Shown here in pieces: positions 14,854 through 28,210 of a DNA stretch of 64,000 nucleotides. The notes under the pieces are model-generated. The model searched no databases and was not told where the DNA came from. It saw only the letters and a list, made by a program, of their open reading frames with translations. The stretch is taken from positions 21,638,001 through 21,702,000 of the forward strand of contig OX597825.1 of NCBI GenBank assembly GCA_951406725.2. The letters run 5' to 3'. Position 1 is the stretch's first letter. The number at the start of each line of letters is the position of its first letter. The position numbers and the translations under genes are program-made. This DNA is from Octopus vulgaris. Its lineage: Eukaryota.

Positions 14854-15099
14854 TCTTGTTACCTTCACTAAACTTCTCTATCCCCTAAACTTTCTGCTCA
14901 TATTTTTTAATACAACATTGAAATTGCAATAATTATCCACGAAGAACATCAATGATGTGGACCACATAAGTCTTTGTGGGTCGGCAAATGGCGTAAGTAA
15001 ACCTCTTTACAAACGTTTTTGTCCAGACTAAAGCAATAAATATATACTATCCTAAATTCGGCAACTTAGATGGCTAGACATACAAGTGGAATGTGAAAG

Positions 15100-15960
15100 G
15101 AAATACTGTACAGAAGATCAGACAGTAACCAGAGCGCTCGATAAGATCAGCGAAAGTAGTGACAAAATATAGCTGGGTTTAGAGGTGATATAGAGGTCAA
15201 TTGTGTTTGGAATGTGAGTGTCGGCCAGGATTTGTATGTAAGTAAGGTTAATAGATCATGGTAGCCAACAATTCGGGTTTGTTGTCAGTATTGTTGGTGT
15301 TGGACGAGTGTAAGAGTCATAAGGAGAGGTTTGTATTGAGGTCACCGTTGACATTAGGTCCTTTCACGGTACTTCGATAGTAAAAGGCGGCGAGCTGGCA
15401 GAAACGTTAGCACGCCGGGCGAAATGCTTAGCGGTATTTCGTCTGTCGTTACGTTGTGAGTTCAAATTCCGCCGAGGTCGACTTTGCCTTTCATTCTTTA
15501 GGGGTCGATAAATTAAGTACCAGTTACGCACTGGGGTCGATGTAATCGACTTAATACCTTTGTCAGTCCTTGTTTGTCCCCTCTATGTTTAGCCCCTTGT
15601 GGGTAGTAAAGAAATAGGTATGTCGTCTGTCTTTACGTTCTGCGTTCAAATTCCGCCGAGGTCGACTTTGCCTTTCACCCTTTCGTGGTCGATTAAATAA
15701 GTAACAGTTACGCACTGGGGTCAATATAATCGACTTAATCGTTTGTCTCTCCTTGTTTGTCCTCTCTGTGTTTAGCCCCTTATGGGCAGTAAAGAAATAG
15801 GTACTTCGATAGTGAAGTAACTACAAGTGATTGGAAGAGTTCGTAGAGTGATAGCGACAACAAATGAATTTGAAAAGAAACTTTGAGTTTGACTAACTGA
15901 AAAGTTTTGTTACTGATATCCAGTCGAGACTGGATTGTACGTAAGTACAGACACTACCCT
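15100..15960 (-). pseudogene. Decayed AP-endonuclease region of a Jockey/CR1-group LINE, interrupted by a SINE dimer
   Basis: Minus-strand peptides GSVCTYVQ, FICCRYHSTNS, VNGDLNT, NTIDLYITSKP resemble APE motifs GGV..YV, Y.SPNS, GDFN and LDL..T. Confidence 0.55.
15385..15800 (+). mobile_element. SINE family A dimer with 14-bp TSD
   Basis: Head ggcggcgagctggcagaaacgttagc, B-box gagttcaaattcc, second partial unit from ~15620; TSD ggtacttcgatagt at 15368-15381 and 15800-15813. Confidence 0.92.
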
Positions 15961-17319
15961 TTATAACGATGTTAAACTACTGTATGGAGCCAGGGTGGGG
16001 TTTATACGTTCGAAACTAAATTATACGCTTCAAATCAAATTAAACACACGATAAAACATTTTTTTAAAATGACTACGAAGAAAAAGTAGATAAGAAAGTT
16101 CAGCAAGGAGGAAGAGAATGAAGAGAAGACGAAGAATGACAAGGGGGAGGGGAAACATGGAGGATAAAGAAAACCCGAAGAAAGAGATTGTTAAAATGAA
16201 TATATAAAAATTGAGAAGAATGGAATGAAAAAATATACTGGACTAAAAAGTTGTCAAGAAAACATCTTTGATGAAGTTTTACTGGCCTTCATTAAAAATT
16301 GATTAACTCCTAAACCCATTTGTGAAGAAAATAAACTGGGTCGTTTATTGATTAATTTTTTTAGAATAGAGAATAGAAATTGAAAATTGCTAGCTATTAC
16401 TAGGTTGAATAAGAAGCACTTCTTTTACATAATTTTTGAAGCCGACGAAATAATTTGTACATTATTATTAAGTCTGTGAATTCTTGGCGTATAAATATAG
16501 TTTTACGTTCTAGAAAATAATTATAGACATACGATAACAAAGCAAGAATATTAGTTAGACAGACAAATAGATGACTAATAAAATGTTATGTAAATAAGTT
16601 AGATGACACACAGAACTGAAAAGTTGATTCAGAAAATGAGAAAAATAATAAAAATAAAAACATAAACAGACTAGTGTAAACAAAGACAGACTGGTGTAAA
16701 CTACGTGATAGCATAAGATCTGATAACTGCTTAAACAAAGAGAGTGGATTAGATAGAGAATATAAGTGGATATATAAAGCAAGATAGATAAGAAGGAATG
16801 TGTTGCATGATGATATACAAGAAATAGAGAGACTAATAACGTATTGTGATCGATCGTGTCAGTACAATGTTTTTTTTTATGTTATTTATCTAAGATGTAT
16901 CAGGCTTGTTTATCTCGTAACTGTCTATAAGATGGATCATTAATGATATATTCGCTCATTTAAAGTGCCTGAAGTTGTTTTCAGAACTCAAATGCACGAC
17001 TACTTAATGCTAACCGGAGCGATTCATTTGAAAATTAAGTGTTTTAGCCTGGATTCCTGCACACAATTCTCAGGAATAGTAATTTTCAGTTGTGTAATTA
17101 TGTTGTAAGTTAGGAAATAGTGTGGATTTTCTTAAGAGAATGCATGTAATCAAACTCTTTCATATTTACCTACATGCTTAGAAAGGGCATCTAATCCCGT
17201 TGTCTAAACAAATCTACGCTAAACTATTTGCAAGATGTCTTACTTGTAATAGAATTTGAACTTAAAATCGCAAGTCAACGAAATATTTATAAATTCCACT
17301 GTATTTACAAAAGTAAAAC

Positions 17320-17545
17320 CTATTTCTTTGCTACCCACAAGGGGCTAAACACAGAGGAGACAAACAAGGACAGACAAACGGATTAAGTCGATTATATCGA
17401 CCCCAGTGCGTAACTGGCACTTAATTTATCGACCCCTAAAGGATGAATGGCAAAGTCGACCTCGGCGGATTTTGAACTCCCAGAACGTAACGGCAGACGA
17501 AATACTGCTAAGCATTTCGCCCGTCGTGCTAACGCTTCTGCCAGT
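17320..17545 (-). mobile_element. SINE family A
   Basis: Full core; short flanking repeat agtaaaac on both sides. Confidence 0.85.
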
Positions 17546-18358
17546 AAAACTTACCTCACTAGGTATTTATATACTGTAAGATGGACATAGCTGTTAATTG
17601 TTAAATGCTTTGCCATGGATAAAACACAGCAGCGTTATGCAGATGCGAAACTCCTAATTTTGTATATTTATCCAGTATTTTTATCTATGCAAACATCAGT
17701 AACTCTTATACAGAGTTACAAAAAAAAACGAGAGGTAGTTTCGTAGTTATAAAATATCGAAATATAATTTTTTTTTTATTGAAACTAACCTTGTCTGCCG
17801 ACGCTAGTAATTTATTGTCTCTGGTGTCATACTATTGACAGCTGGAGAATATATTTTGCCAACCGTTCTATTTAGGGTTGGCCTGATAGCTACATTGGCA
17901 AATATATCGATAAAAGATTCAGATAAGATACTACGTTATAGCTCCAAACCTAGAAAAAAAAAACATGCAAACAAAAAGCAAAGAACAAAACTAAAAAGCA
18001 CATCTCTTTATTTGGTCGTTGATATTAAGATTTCGAAAGACAGCCATCTATTATCAATAAAGTACTGAACTAATGACCGATAGATGGATGCAGAGATCTT
18101 AACTTGTGCCCGACGTTGCACCGTGTACATGACCGAGATAATTAATGGCTTATTGGCTCGGCTTAACAGGGTGTAAATGGCTACCACTAATTGACGAATT
18201 AACGTTAAGATTGAACGGCTGGGTTAAACGACCATTCTATAGAAGATGCTTGAAATCGGATGATTTCTTTAATCCCACTTGGCCCTTAAATGGCATTAGA
18301 ATCAAAGTGAATTTAAATTAGGATTAACGCCAGACTGCTGTGGATTTTCTACGCAACT

Positions 18359-18558
<200 letters not shown>

Positions 18559-19354
18559 CAGTAACAATATAGGGTGAAATTAATTAATTTGGAATAATTA
18601 TTAATTACACCAAGTAGATTTCGGCATGTAAAAGCCTCATTCGAGGAAAATTTAAGTAATACTAAGCAATTAAGGGTTTAGCAACGAATTGCCTCACCAC
18701 ACACCGAATTTAGAAATAGCAGTCAAAGAGTTATAGCTATTCTTTCTACTAAAAGGAGATCTCAGTAAAAACACAGCACTTGAAAGGCAAACACAGACAG
18801 GTAAGAGAGAATGAAATGACGGCAATCTATCATACAATTTTAAGTCACCTTTCTGAAGATGGGCCTTTGTGCCTGAAATATTACGATTTTATTAAACTTT
18901 CGGCATTGTCAGAAGCTTTGTATTTCTCCCCACTTAGGAAATTGTTTTGCTCTACAGTTTTGATTAATTACAAGATAAAATAGAGTTTATATCTATACAA
19001 TTTACCTTTCTCTAAAATGGTGGTCGACAAGTTTAAAAGTGTTTAATCTTTTTAACATTATTTAAGCATAGCGATGTGTCGTATCCTTTTCACTCGATAT
19101 ATATATTCCTACCTATGAGAAGTACTGATTCTGAAATTCGAAAATTAACCGTCAATGACCGCATCAATCAATACTTATTTATACCGGGAAATTATTTTAA
19201 TTATTGAATAATGATACCTAACAACAGACTTAGGAATCGGAGTTTTCTATCTTGGCACTGTGCTGCGTAGTGTCCAATGCAGTCGCTTGAGGCTATCTAC
19301 AGATGTGTCCCAGCTTTATGATTAGTGAGTGCTTCGTTAGCCAGCAATGGAATA

Positions 19355-19575
19355 CTCTTTACTCTTTACTCTTTTACTTGTTTCAGTCATGTGACTGTGG
19401 CCATGCCGGAGCACCACCTTTAGTCGAGCAAATGGAGCCCAGGGTTTATTCCTTTTGTAAGACTAGGACTTATTCTATCGGTCTCTTTTGTCGAACCGCT
19501 AAGTTACGGGGATGTATACATACCAGCATCGGTTGTCAAGCGATGTTGGTGGGGGGGACAAACACAGACACACAA

Positions 19576-19641
<66 letters not shown>

Positions 19642-19800
19642 GGGCTTCTTTCAGTTTCCGTCTATCAAATCTATTCAGAAGGCTTTGGTAGGCCGGAGGC
19701 TATGGTGGAAGACACTTGCCCAAGGTGCCATGCAGTGGGAATGAACCCGGAACCATGTGGTTGGTAAGCAAGTTACTTACCACACAGTCACTCCTGCGCC
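19355..19800 (-). mobile_element. tRNA-derived SINE, family B, with internal (TA)n
   Basis: Reverse complement head ggcgcaggagtgactgtgtggtaag...ccgggttcattcccac, core caccttgggcaagtgtctt, tail (gagtaaaa)n. Confidence 0.9.
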
Positions 19801-19929
19801 TATGCTCAATTTCTATAACAGAATACATGTCTTTTTCCGAAAATAGACAAATAAAAATTCTTTTATGAACAATCTGCGTAGATGACATACGACTGGTGAC
19901 GTTTTAAAATGGCTGTACCTTATATGTAC

Positions 19930-20270
19930 ATTATAACTGGTGTGAGCTCATTGCAGTTAACGATTGAATATATTGGTCCCTTATGAAACAGGAGATACTG
20001 ATACTAATTCTGGACACTGTGTATTATTCTGCATTTTCCTCAAATTCAGTGACAGGTATATATAGCTCATGGACATCAAGTTTCACTGGCATAGAAGATA
20101 ATTGAACAAGTTAGCTCTCAGAATACACAAATATTCATGTAAGTGAATATATATCTATGAGCAATGCAAACGAAGCTTCTCGAATTCCATTTGTGGGCTT
20201 CTCTTGTAAGGCAAAATATACTTTACATCTAACTGCCTGCTGCATCTATTTGTATAACATTATGAAGAAG
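19930..20270 (+). pseudogene. Possible highly decayed Helitron Rep fragment
   Basis: Fragments VND*ILVPYE and EYISMSNANEASRIPF loosely resemble Helitron Rep motifs DNRWIVPYN and RYIS..EA.WRIF in the expected order. Confidence 0.3.
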
Positions 20271-21009
20271 AGATGCATTTCAACGTTAGCGATCGAGAAG
20301 ATCTTACCTAAAGAACAGGAGAACCACAACCCTTAAGGGATTAATACGAATTACACAGTTCGTAAAAAGGAAATAGTTTTGCATTCCAGAAACTGAGATT
20401 TATCTGTAAACCACGTAATACCAGAAAGCCTTAGATAAACCGCTTCATAATTTACATACGCCGTAGTATATTTCTTCACAATATCAAATTAATTTTAGCT
20501 AGAATACATCGTGTTTTTTGGTACAAACATTTAACAGTTCTCGTTTATATTATTCTAAATCAGTAAATAGTCCTGAATTCTTGTCATCTCAAGAATTCCT
20601 CACATTACTCACACCACATTTCTAACTTGAGGAAAAATTTGATTAAATGACGAGAAGTAATTAAATAAACGTTGATGTATGGTATATTTCTGTCGCCGTG
20701 ATTTATGGCTTGTAGTCGTAAAGTATGATTAAATAAACACTTGCATTATTTGAAGACTATTAGTTTATAATTTGGATTTCTATAGCTTCAGAAAGGAAAT
20801 ATTAGGAAGCAATAGTTTGATTAATTTAATAGAAATATTGCTTTTAGTTTTTACATTTTTATTTGTTTCAGTCATTGGTCTGCGGCCACCCTGGGGCATC
20901 ACCTTAAAAGCTTTAATTGAACAAATCAATACTAGTTCTTATGTTTTCTTTTTAAAAGTTTAGAATTTATTCTATTAGTCTCGTTTGGCGAACCGCGAGG
21001 TTTCTGGGA

Positions 21010-21161
21010 CGAGTGGCAGTGTGGTAAGTAGCTTGCTTATGAACCACATGGTTCCGGGTTCAGTCCCACTGTGTGGGACTTTGGGCAAGTGTCTTCTACT
21101 ATAGCCTCGGGCCGACCAAAGCCTTGTGAGTGGATCTGGTAGACGGAAATTGAAAGAAGCT

Positions 21162-21213
<52 letters not shown>

Positions 21214-21432
21214 GGGGGGGTATGTATATATTTATGTGTCTGTGTTTGTCCCCCCAATATCATTGACAATCGATGCTGGTGTGCTTATGTCCCCGTCACT
21301 TAGCGATTCGGCAAGAGAGTCCGGTAGAATAAGTGCTAGGCTTACAAAGAATAAGTCCTGGGGTCGATTTGCTCGACTAAAGGCAGTGCTCCAGCATGGC
21401 CGCAGTCAAATGACTGAAACAAACAAAAGAAT
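21010..21432 (+). mobile_element. SINE family B with internal (TA)n
   Basis: A-box tggcagtgtgg, B-box ggttcagtccc, family B body, 3' ccagcatggccgcagtcaaatgactgaaac. Confidence 0.9.
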
Positions 21433-21514
21433 AAACCAACACAGATGTGAAACAGTGGTGGTCAGTGACAAATACAGACACAATGACGCACATGCATACA
21501 TACATACATACCTA

Positions 21515-21770
<256 letters not shown>

Positions 21771-22439
21771 TACATACATACACACATACATACATACATA
21801 CATACATACATACATACATACATACATACATACATACATACATACATACATACACGACGTGCTTCTGCACCGTTTTGTCTACCAAATTCACTCACAGGGC
21901 ATTGGTCGGACCGCCGTTATAGCAGAGGATACTTGCCCAAGGTGCGGCTCAGTGGGCTTGAGCCAGAAACCACGTTTCTGCAAAAGACGAGCTTCATAAC
22001 AACACATCCATCAATATAATTCAACGTTGCATATACTAAAATCATTTGAGCGCCCGATATTTTTCTTTAAAAGTTCAAACTCCCTTTAGGATGGCTTGAT
22101 ATTTAACCACCACAAGGTAAATATTTTACCACCACAAGGTAAATGAAATATAAAAAAAGAAAAGAATGGCACGACGTTAGGTACTGGAATCAAGATAAGC
22201 GGATATAATCCTGACGCCAACGCTTCGGTATGAACATTATCCAGGAACTGAAATATGGAATTACTTTCCAACTTTTTCAATCTCAGATTTCATAGATACA
22301 CAGAATATATCATAATATCACTGGTGTACGAATGTATAGATACGTTCTCCTGTGGTTTGTCTAATCGTCAGAAGATATGGAAAAGACCATCAGTATATGG
22401 CACCAACCACAGCAGTAGCAGAACTATAGTAAGATTTTC

Positions 22440-22446
22440 ATCCTCG

Positions 22447-22503
<57 letters not shown>

Positions 22504-22504
22504 A

Positions 22505-22578
<74 letters not shown>

Positions 22579-22672
22579 CCACCACCACCGCCACCACCAC
22601 CACCACCACCACCATCAGCATCATCAGCATCATCATCATCATCATCATCATCATCACCATCACCATCGCCAT

Positions 22673-22716
<44 letters not shown>

Positions 22717-22730
22717 CCACCACCGCCACC

Positions 22731-22764
<34 letters not shown>

Positions 22765-22786
22765 TTATCATCATCATCATCACCAC

Positions 22787-22845
<59 letters not shown>

Positions 22846-22895
22846 CCATCATCATCAGCAGCAGCATCATCCTCATCGTCATCATCATAACCATC
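22440..22895. repeat. (CAT)n/(CAC)n compound microsatellite
   Basis: Direct reading. Confidence 0.95.
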
Positions 22896-23106
22896 ATTTA
22901 ATACGTCGCACAGTATCCAGCATCGTGATGTTGTTGATTGAAAATATTGTCTGCCGGGGGTTTGTAATGTCTGTCAAGTCACAACAAGGACCTCAGACAG
23001 ACAGTATCTTACGCAATATGCGCGCAATTCCAAGTAATACCGATTCTTACAATACACCTAATGTTGTAGGGTATTTCTAAAGTTTCCTGATGTTTCTTCA
23101 GGTTGG

Positions 23107-23338
23107 GTGGCGAGCTGGCAGAAACGGTAGCACGCCGGGCGAAATGCTTAGCGGTATTTCGTCTGCGTTACGTTGTGAGTTCAAATTCCGCCGAGGTCAA
23201 CAATGCCTTTCATCCTTTCGGGGTCGATAAATTAAATACCAGTTACGCACTGGGGTCGATGTTATCGACTTAATACCTATGTCTGTCCTTGTTTGTCCTC
23301 TCTGTGTTTAGCCCCTTGTGGGTAATAAAGAAATAGGT
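23107..23338 (+). mobile_element. SINE family A inserted in R4-like fragment
   Basis: Full head-to-tail match to family A. Confidence 0.9.
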
Positions 23339-23804
23339 ATAGAAACCAATGCTGCGATGACAATCGGGACAACCTTTATGTTTGACTCTCGTAGCTGTCA
23401 GTGCTTGGCGATCTGAATTCTCATGTCTCTGTATTTATCAATCTTTTCCCTTTCTTTCATGATGATATATTGATCTAGCACTGCCACGTCAATTATTAAG
23501 GCACTCTTGTTTGTCCCTCCTAAAGTTACTATATCTGGCCTATGGTGCTCTAACATCTTGTCTGATTGGTAGTCGACCATTGCCTTTTCGTCCATTGCCA
23601 TTTCTAGTGTATGTCGGTATTAAACACCCATTGTTTCGTATCCATACTTCCGGCACAGTACCTAGTGAAGGTTCTAGGCTACCTCATGACTGCGCTTGTA
23701 TTCTTTCTGCGCAAGACTTTCACAAGCACTAACAATGTGAGTCACGCTTTCGACCCTCTTCCCACACATTCTGCAGAGGTTCGTTTCACTTGTGTTGTAT
23801 ATAT

Positions 23805-24034
23805 ATTTCTTTATTGCCCACAAGGGGCTAAACATAGAGGGGACAAACAAGGACAGACAAAGGGATTACGTCGATTATATCGACCCCAGCGCGAAACTGG
23901 TACTTTATTTATCAACCCCGAAAGGATGAAAGGCAAAGTCGACCTCGGTGGAATTTGAACTCAGAACATAGCGGCAGATGAAATACCGCTAAACATTTCG
24001 TCCGACGTGCTAACGATTCTGCCAGTTCGTCGCC
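23805..24034 (-). mobile_element. SINE family A with 16-bp TSD, inserted in R4-like fragment
   Basis: TSD cttgtgttgtatatat at 23789-23804 and 24034-24049. Confidence 0.92.
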
Positions 24035-25767
24035 TTGTGTTGTATATATTCCTTTTCACTGAATTGGTATTCAATGCCTGGTCCTAGGCAGCGATGATTA
24101 GGCTTTCTGTCTTCGTTTTTTTAGGTCGCCCTTGCTGAGCCACCTCCATGATGCTTCCTGGTCTTTTACTCTGTTAGTTTCACGGTGGAACTGACCATGT
24201 AATTCTAGGTGTAGTAGGGTTTCTTCTCTCTTGTTGGATGTTCTTGATCGAAATTCAGGAGCAATCGCAAGCCCACGGAAAGACATAATCTTTCTTTTTA
24301 CATTTTTAATATTTTCTGTGTTACACGATCCCTTTTGATCGTTTTTTTCATGATCCCCTTTGATCGGAATTTTTTTTTTCTCTTTTTTTTCTATTTTCAA
24401 AAAGAAAAGCTCTACATTGTATTTTGTCCCCTCTGTGGCTAATAAAGAAACTTATCTGTGTTTACCTCACGATTCAGTGCTGGTTTTCTTACGTCCCTGT
24501 AACTTAGCCGTCTGGTATTAGATGCTGATAAAATTGGTGCTGAGGTCGGTCTATTCCACGAAACCCCATCAAGGTGCTGCCACAGTATGGCCGCAACCAG
24601 TAGCTGAAATAAATAAAAGCTAAAAGATAAACAAACACTGCAATCTATACACATACATACAGTATGTTTAAACTTATACATAATGTGCGTGTGTGTGTGT
24701 ATACATAATGTTGTGTATGTATATATACGCATATTTATGTATCTATACCATTGTCCTTTACATATATTCTTTCTTTCCCTCATCTCTATTTCCTTATATG
24801 TGTGTGTACGCGTGTGTCTGTGTATATATACTTGTTTATCTATGTATTTATGTATAGAACATGAATGTAGGCGTGTACGAGTATATATATGTTTGTGTGT
24901 GTATGCACCTCTTTGTATATGCGCATGCGTATAAGTCTGTTTGGTGATGTTTGTTTCTAAAATCTAATAATGCTTAGAATATTTAGAAATAATACCTCTC
25001 CCACCCACCTTCTTTCTGTTAATAAATATTTTTAGAACAACTTCAGTATTTCGTTTTGCCCTCAGATGAAAAACAATTTTACATTGATTCATATAACGGC
25101 AGATTAAATAGATTCGCATAAATGTTTCTGAAGTTTGTAAGATACTTTTATCTTAAGCTATTTATAGAAACTTTACAACGACTTATTAAGATTAATAATA
25201 GCAAGAGGAAAGAACCTGAAAGGAGAAAAAAAATTTTTAGTGAGTTGAAGTACCAAGACTTAAATATTAAACTTTATTCATATAACAGTCTAAGAAGGGT
25301 ATTTTTTTCTGTGTCTCACGCTAAGAATAGTATCATATAATGCTGTGTGTTCGTGAGTGATAAAAATCACCAAAAGAAAATTACGTATGCAAATACATGT
25401 AATAAAGATTAAAATGATGAGTGATGGCGATTAGAATCGATATTTAATCACCATTCATCAGATAACTCAAAACTAAGTTCAACAAAGGAAATTTGGGGCG
25501 ATGGGAAGAACTTAAACACCAGATACGTAAGCATACAAACACACCCATGTATACAAAAAAATGAACATTAAGTCTCACATATATACAAACTCATAGGCAT
25601 GTGTGTACATACATGTATATATCTGTGTGTGTATGCTTGTATATGATTGTGTGTGTATACATGTGTATGATTGTGTCTCTTACTCTTTCTCACTTCTCTC
25701 TCTGTAAATATATATATACACACATATATTTATATATAAATATATAAATATATAAATACATATATCG

Positions 25768-25798
<31 letters not shown>

Positions 25799-25891
25799 AC
25801 TGTTGTGTCTGGGGAGAGTCACTTTCTTTTTGTGCCTTATAATGTAACACACTCACCGGTAAAATTTCCACTTATTTCTTATTTTTATTTT

Positions 25892-25930
25892 CCTAAAATT
25901 TTCGTTGCGTCTTGCAACCTTTTCAATAGT
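25892..25930 (-). ncRNA. Minimal hammerhead-like motif, U3-A8 core
   Basis: Reverse complement: cta TTGAAAA g GTTGC aagac GCAAC GAAA attt tag. Confidence 0.55.
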
Positions 25931-25974
25931 CTGTCCGTTATTTACACTACGCTCCCTTTTGTTTGTCTGTGCGC

Positions 25975-26014
<40 letters not shown>

Positions 26015-26039
26015 GCATACACACATTCCCAATACGCGT

Positions 26040-26774
26040 CACGTTACGTAAGTGTTTTTTATTATAGCTCTGCATTGAACAATTGCGATTCTCTTGAACT
26101 TAGCATGACGAAAGTTTCTGCTTGGTGGGTATCACATCTTCTGATACCCGATCAAAAGCGCGAGGTAAATCTGACATTGTTGAGACAGATCCAGCCGGTT
26201 TTCTAGAACGTTTCCTAACCCAGGATGAGCATTCGATTCATCACTGTGAGCAATAGAGAAAGAGACAACGCATGCTGTGGAAACACCCCTTCTTACCTGC
26301 AATGAAGGTGATGGTCTCAGTTGTTTGGGTTGCAAAAGCCTTTCAAAAGGTCCACACCATCAACAGAACCTACTATGAAGGGGGTCTTGTTTTATCAGAA
26401 TAGTGCTCCAACACACAAATCCTTGGCTTCAGTTGCTGCTATGCGTGACTGTGGTTTTCAACTGGTGGATCGTCCACCATTTTCTCTTGAATTGATCCGA
26501 TCTGTCTATCATCTATTCTCCAACACGAAAAGAACAAAGGAAAAAAACCCAAAATACATTTGGCTGGATAGCAGTATCACAGTGATGATGACATCATATA
26601 TACCGTTGATGACTTTTTGACTAAGCCTCTTCGCAAATGGGATGTAAGCATCCCAACACCGATGACAGAAATGCGTGGACCACAAGGGGAACTATGTTAA
26701 AAAATAAACCTCATTTAGACACATTCCATGAAAGTATCTTGGTCAGCCTATGAAATTTTCAGCCAACCCTCGTA
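26040..26774 (+). mobile_element. Mariner (DD34D) transposon remnant, 3' part
   Basis: KGVLFYQNSAPTHKS...CGFQLVDRPPFSLELIRSVYHLF resembles mariner HDNA.PH..HPPYSPDLAPSDYHLF; C-terminal KCVDHKGNYVKK*; ends ...aaccctcgTA. 5' boundary uncertain. Confidence 0.85.
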
Positions 26775-27122
26775 AGTAAGCATTATACAAGCTAAGCTGC
26801 AATTTCAGATCAAATAAGACAGAACTTTCGAAATTCGGAAGATGATGTTACAGAATATATCACAACACAATGCATTTGACTTTCGTTCGTAAACTTGTTA
26901 TTTATCACATTTTTATACTGAAATTTTTGATCCACAAGTTTTTAATTTTTTTCGCAGACGCATTGTGTTCGGGCTAAATTTGACGATTTTTTAAATCTCT
27001 CCTCCTCTTTTCAGGAACAGTTTGCTGGATCGGTGAACAATCAACGATGCAGGAGAACACGAAGATTGAAGCTGTAGCTGCGAAATCATTCGCTGACTTG
27101 GAGGACAAGAAGCCATCTAAAA

Positions 27123-27346
27123 GGCGGCGAGCTGGCAGAAACGTTAGCATGCCGGGCGAAATGCTTAACAGTATTTCGTCTGCCGTTACGTTGTGAGTTC
27201 AAATTCCGCCGAGGTCGACTTTGCCTTTCATCTTTTCGGGGCCGATAAATTAAGTACCAGTTACGCACTGGGGTCGATATAATCAACTTAAACCCTTTGT
27301 CTGTTTGTCCCCTCTATGTTTAGCCCCTTGTTGGCAATAAAGAAAT
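27123..27346 (+). mobile_element. SINE family A with 12-bp TSD
   Basis: TSD aagccatctaaa at 27110-27121 and 27347-27358. Confidence 0.92.
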
Positions 27347-27359
27347 AAGCCATCTAAAT

Positions 27360-28046
27360 ACTGGAAAAGAGCTAACTGTATCATGATGATGATTGCTGGG
27401 TTTCAAAATGCCGACATCATGACTGCTGCTCAATGATCTGTGAACACCGAAAAGTTGTAAGATGTGACATTGAAAGCTGCAAAAGAGAAAGCTACCAGCA
27501 GGAAGGGACTCAGTAGGATTCCTGACTGCATCTGCACGCCGGAGTTCATCTAACAACTGTACGAACAGAGCCTTAGTCTCATTTCAGATGGCTATGAGAA
27601 GCTGCTGTAGGCTGTGGTCAAACCTCGGCTGCAGAGTGTTGCTGTTGGAAAGACATATGTGTGGCAACAGCATTCGACTTCTTGCCATACTCTGGAAAAT
27701 GTTTCAAGTGGTTGTCTGAGAATTTCTACGACCATCAGTCCCAGTATCCGGATTCCTAAGTCCTCCCCATTGCAGTCCCACGGATTACTATGCATGATGG
27801 GGCGTGGCGGCGGTTCAGAAAGACACTATCCAGTCAGCATGAAGCACAAAGGACGAGTTGGTAGTTAAGATGAATGAGATTTTCGAAAATCTTCCTGGAG
27901 TCGTGTTGAGGCTAGGGTGCAAGGCAAGGACGGCTATTTTGAATAAACAGTTTTTTGATTTATAAAAATATTTTAATTTTCGGATAAGATATTCTGTTTT
28001 CTGTTCCGTTTATGCAAAAAGTTAAATTTAGCCCAAATACCCTGCA
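27360..28046 (+). pseudogene. Tc1/mariner-superfamily (maT/DD37D-like) transposase remnant
   Basis: VKPRLQSVAVGKTYVWQQHSTSCHT resembles VKPW.....G..YVFQQDSAP.H; downstream decayed SPD.NPLDY..WG and KDGYFE*. Confidence 0.65.
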
Positions 28047-28164
28047 ATTTGTTAAAGCACTTCCAAGTAATTACCTAGCACAATATTTCGATACGCTGAA
28101 CGGTTCGTAACTCCACAAATAGCAGTCGTAAGGTAGTTTTAATGTGTGTGTTTATGTGTGTGTT

Positions 28165-28210
<46 letters not shown>

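Larger units (their letters stand above)
22905..24262 (-). pseudogene. Decayed 3' fragment of the same R4/Dong-like family, interrupted by two SINEs
   Basis: Minus-strand peptides LELHGQFHRET..WRWLSKGDLKK and HHRPDIV..LIIDVAV..EREKIDKYRDMRIQIA; reverse complement of 22920-22995 aligns with 1361-1435. Confidence 0.85.
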
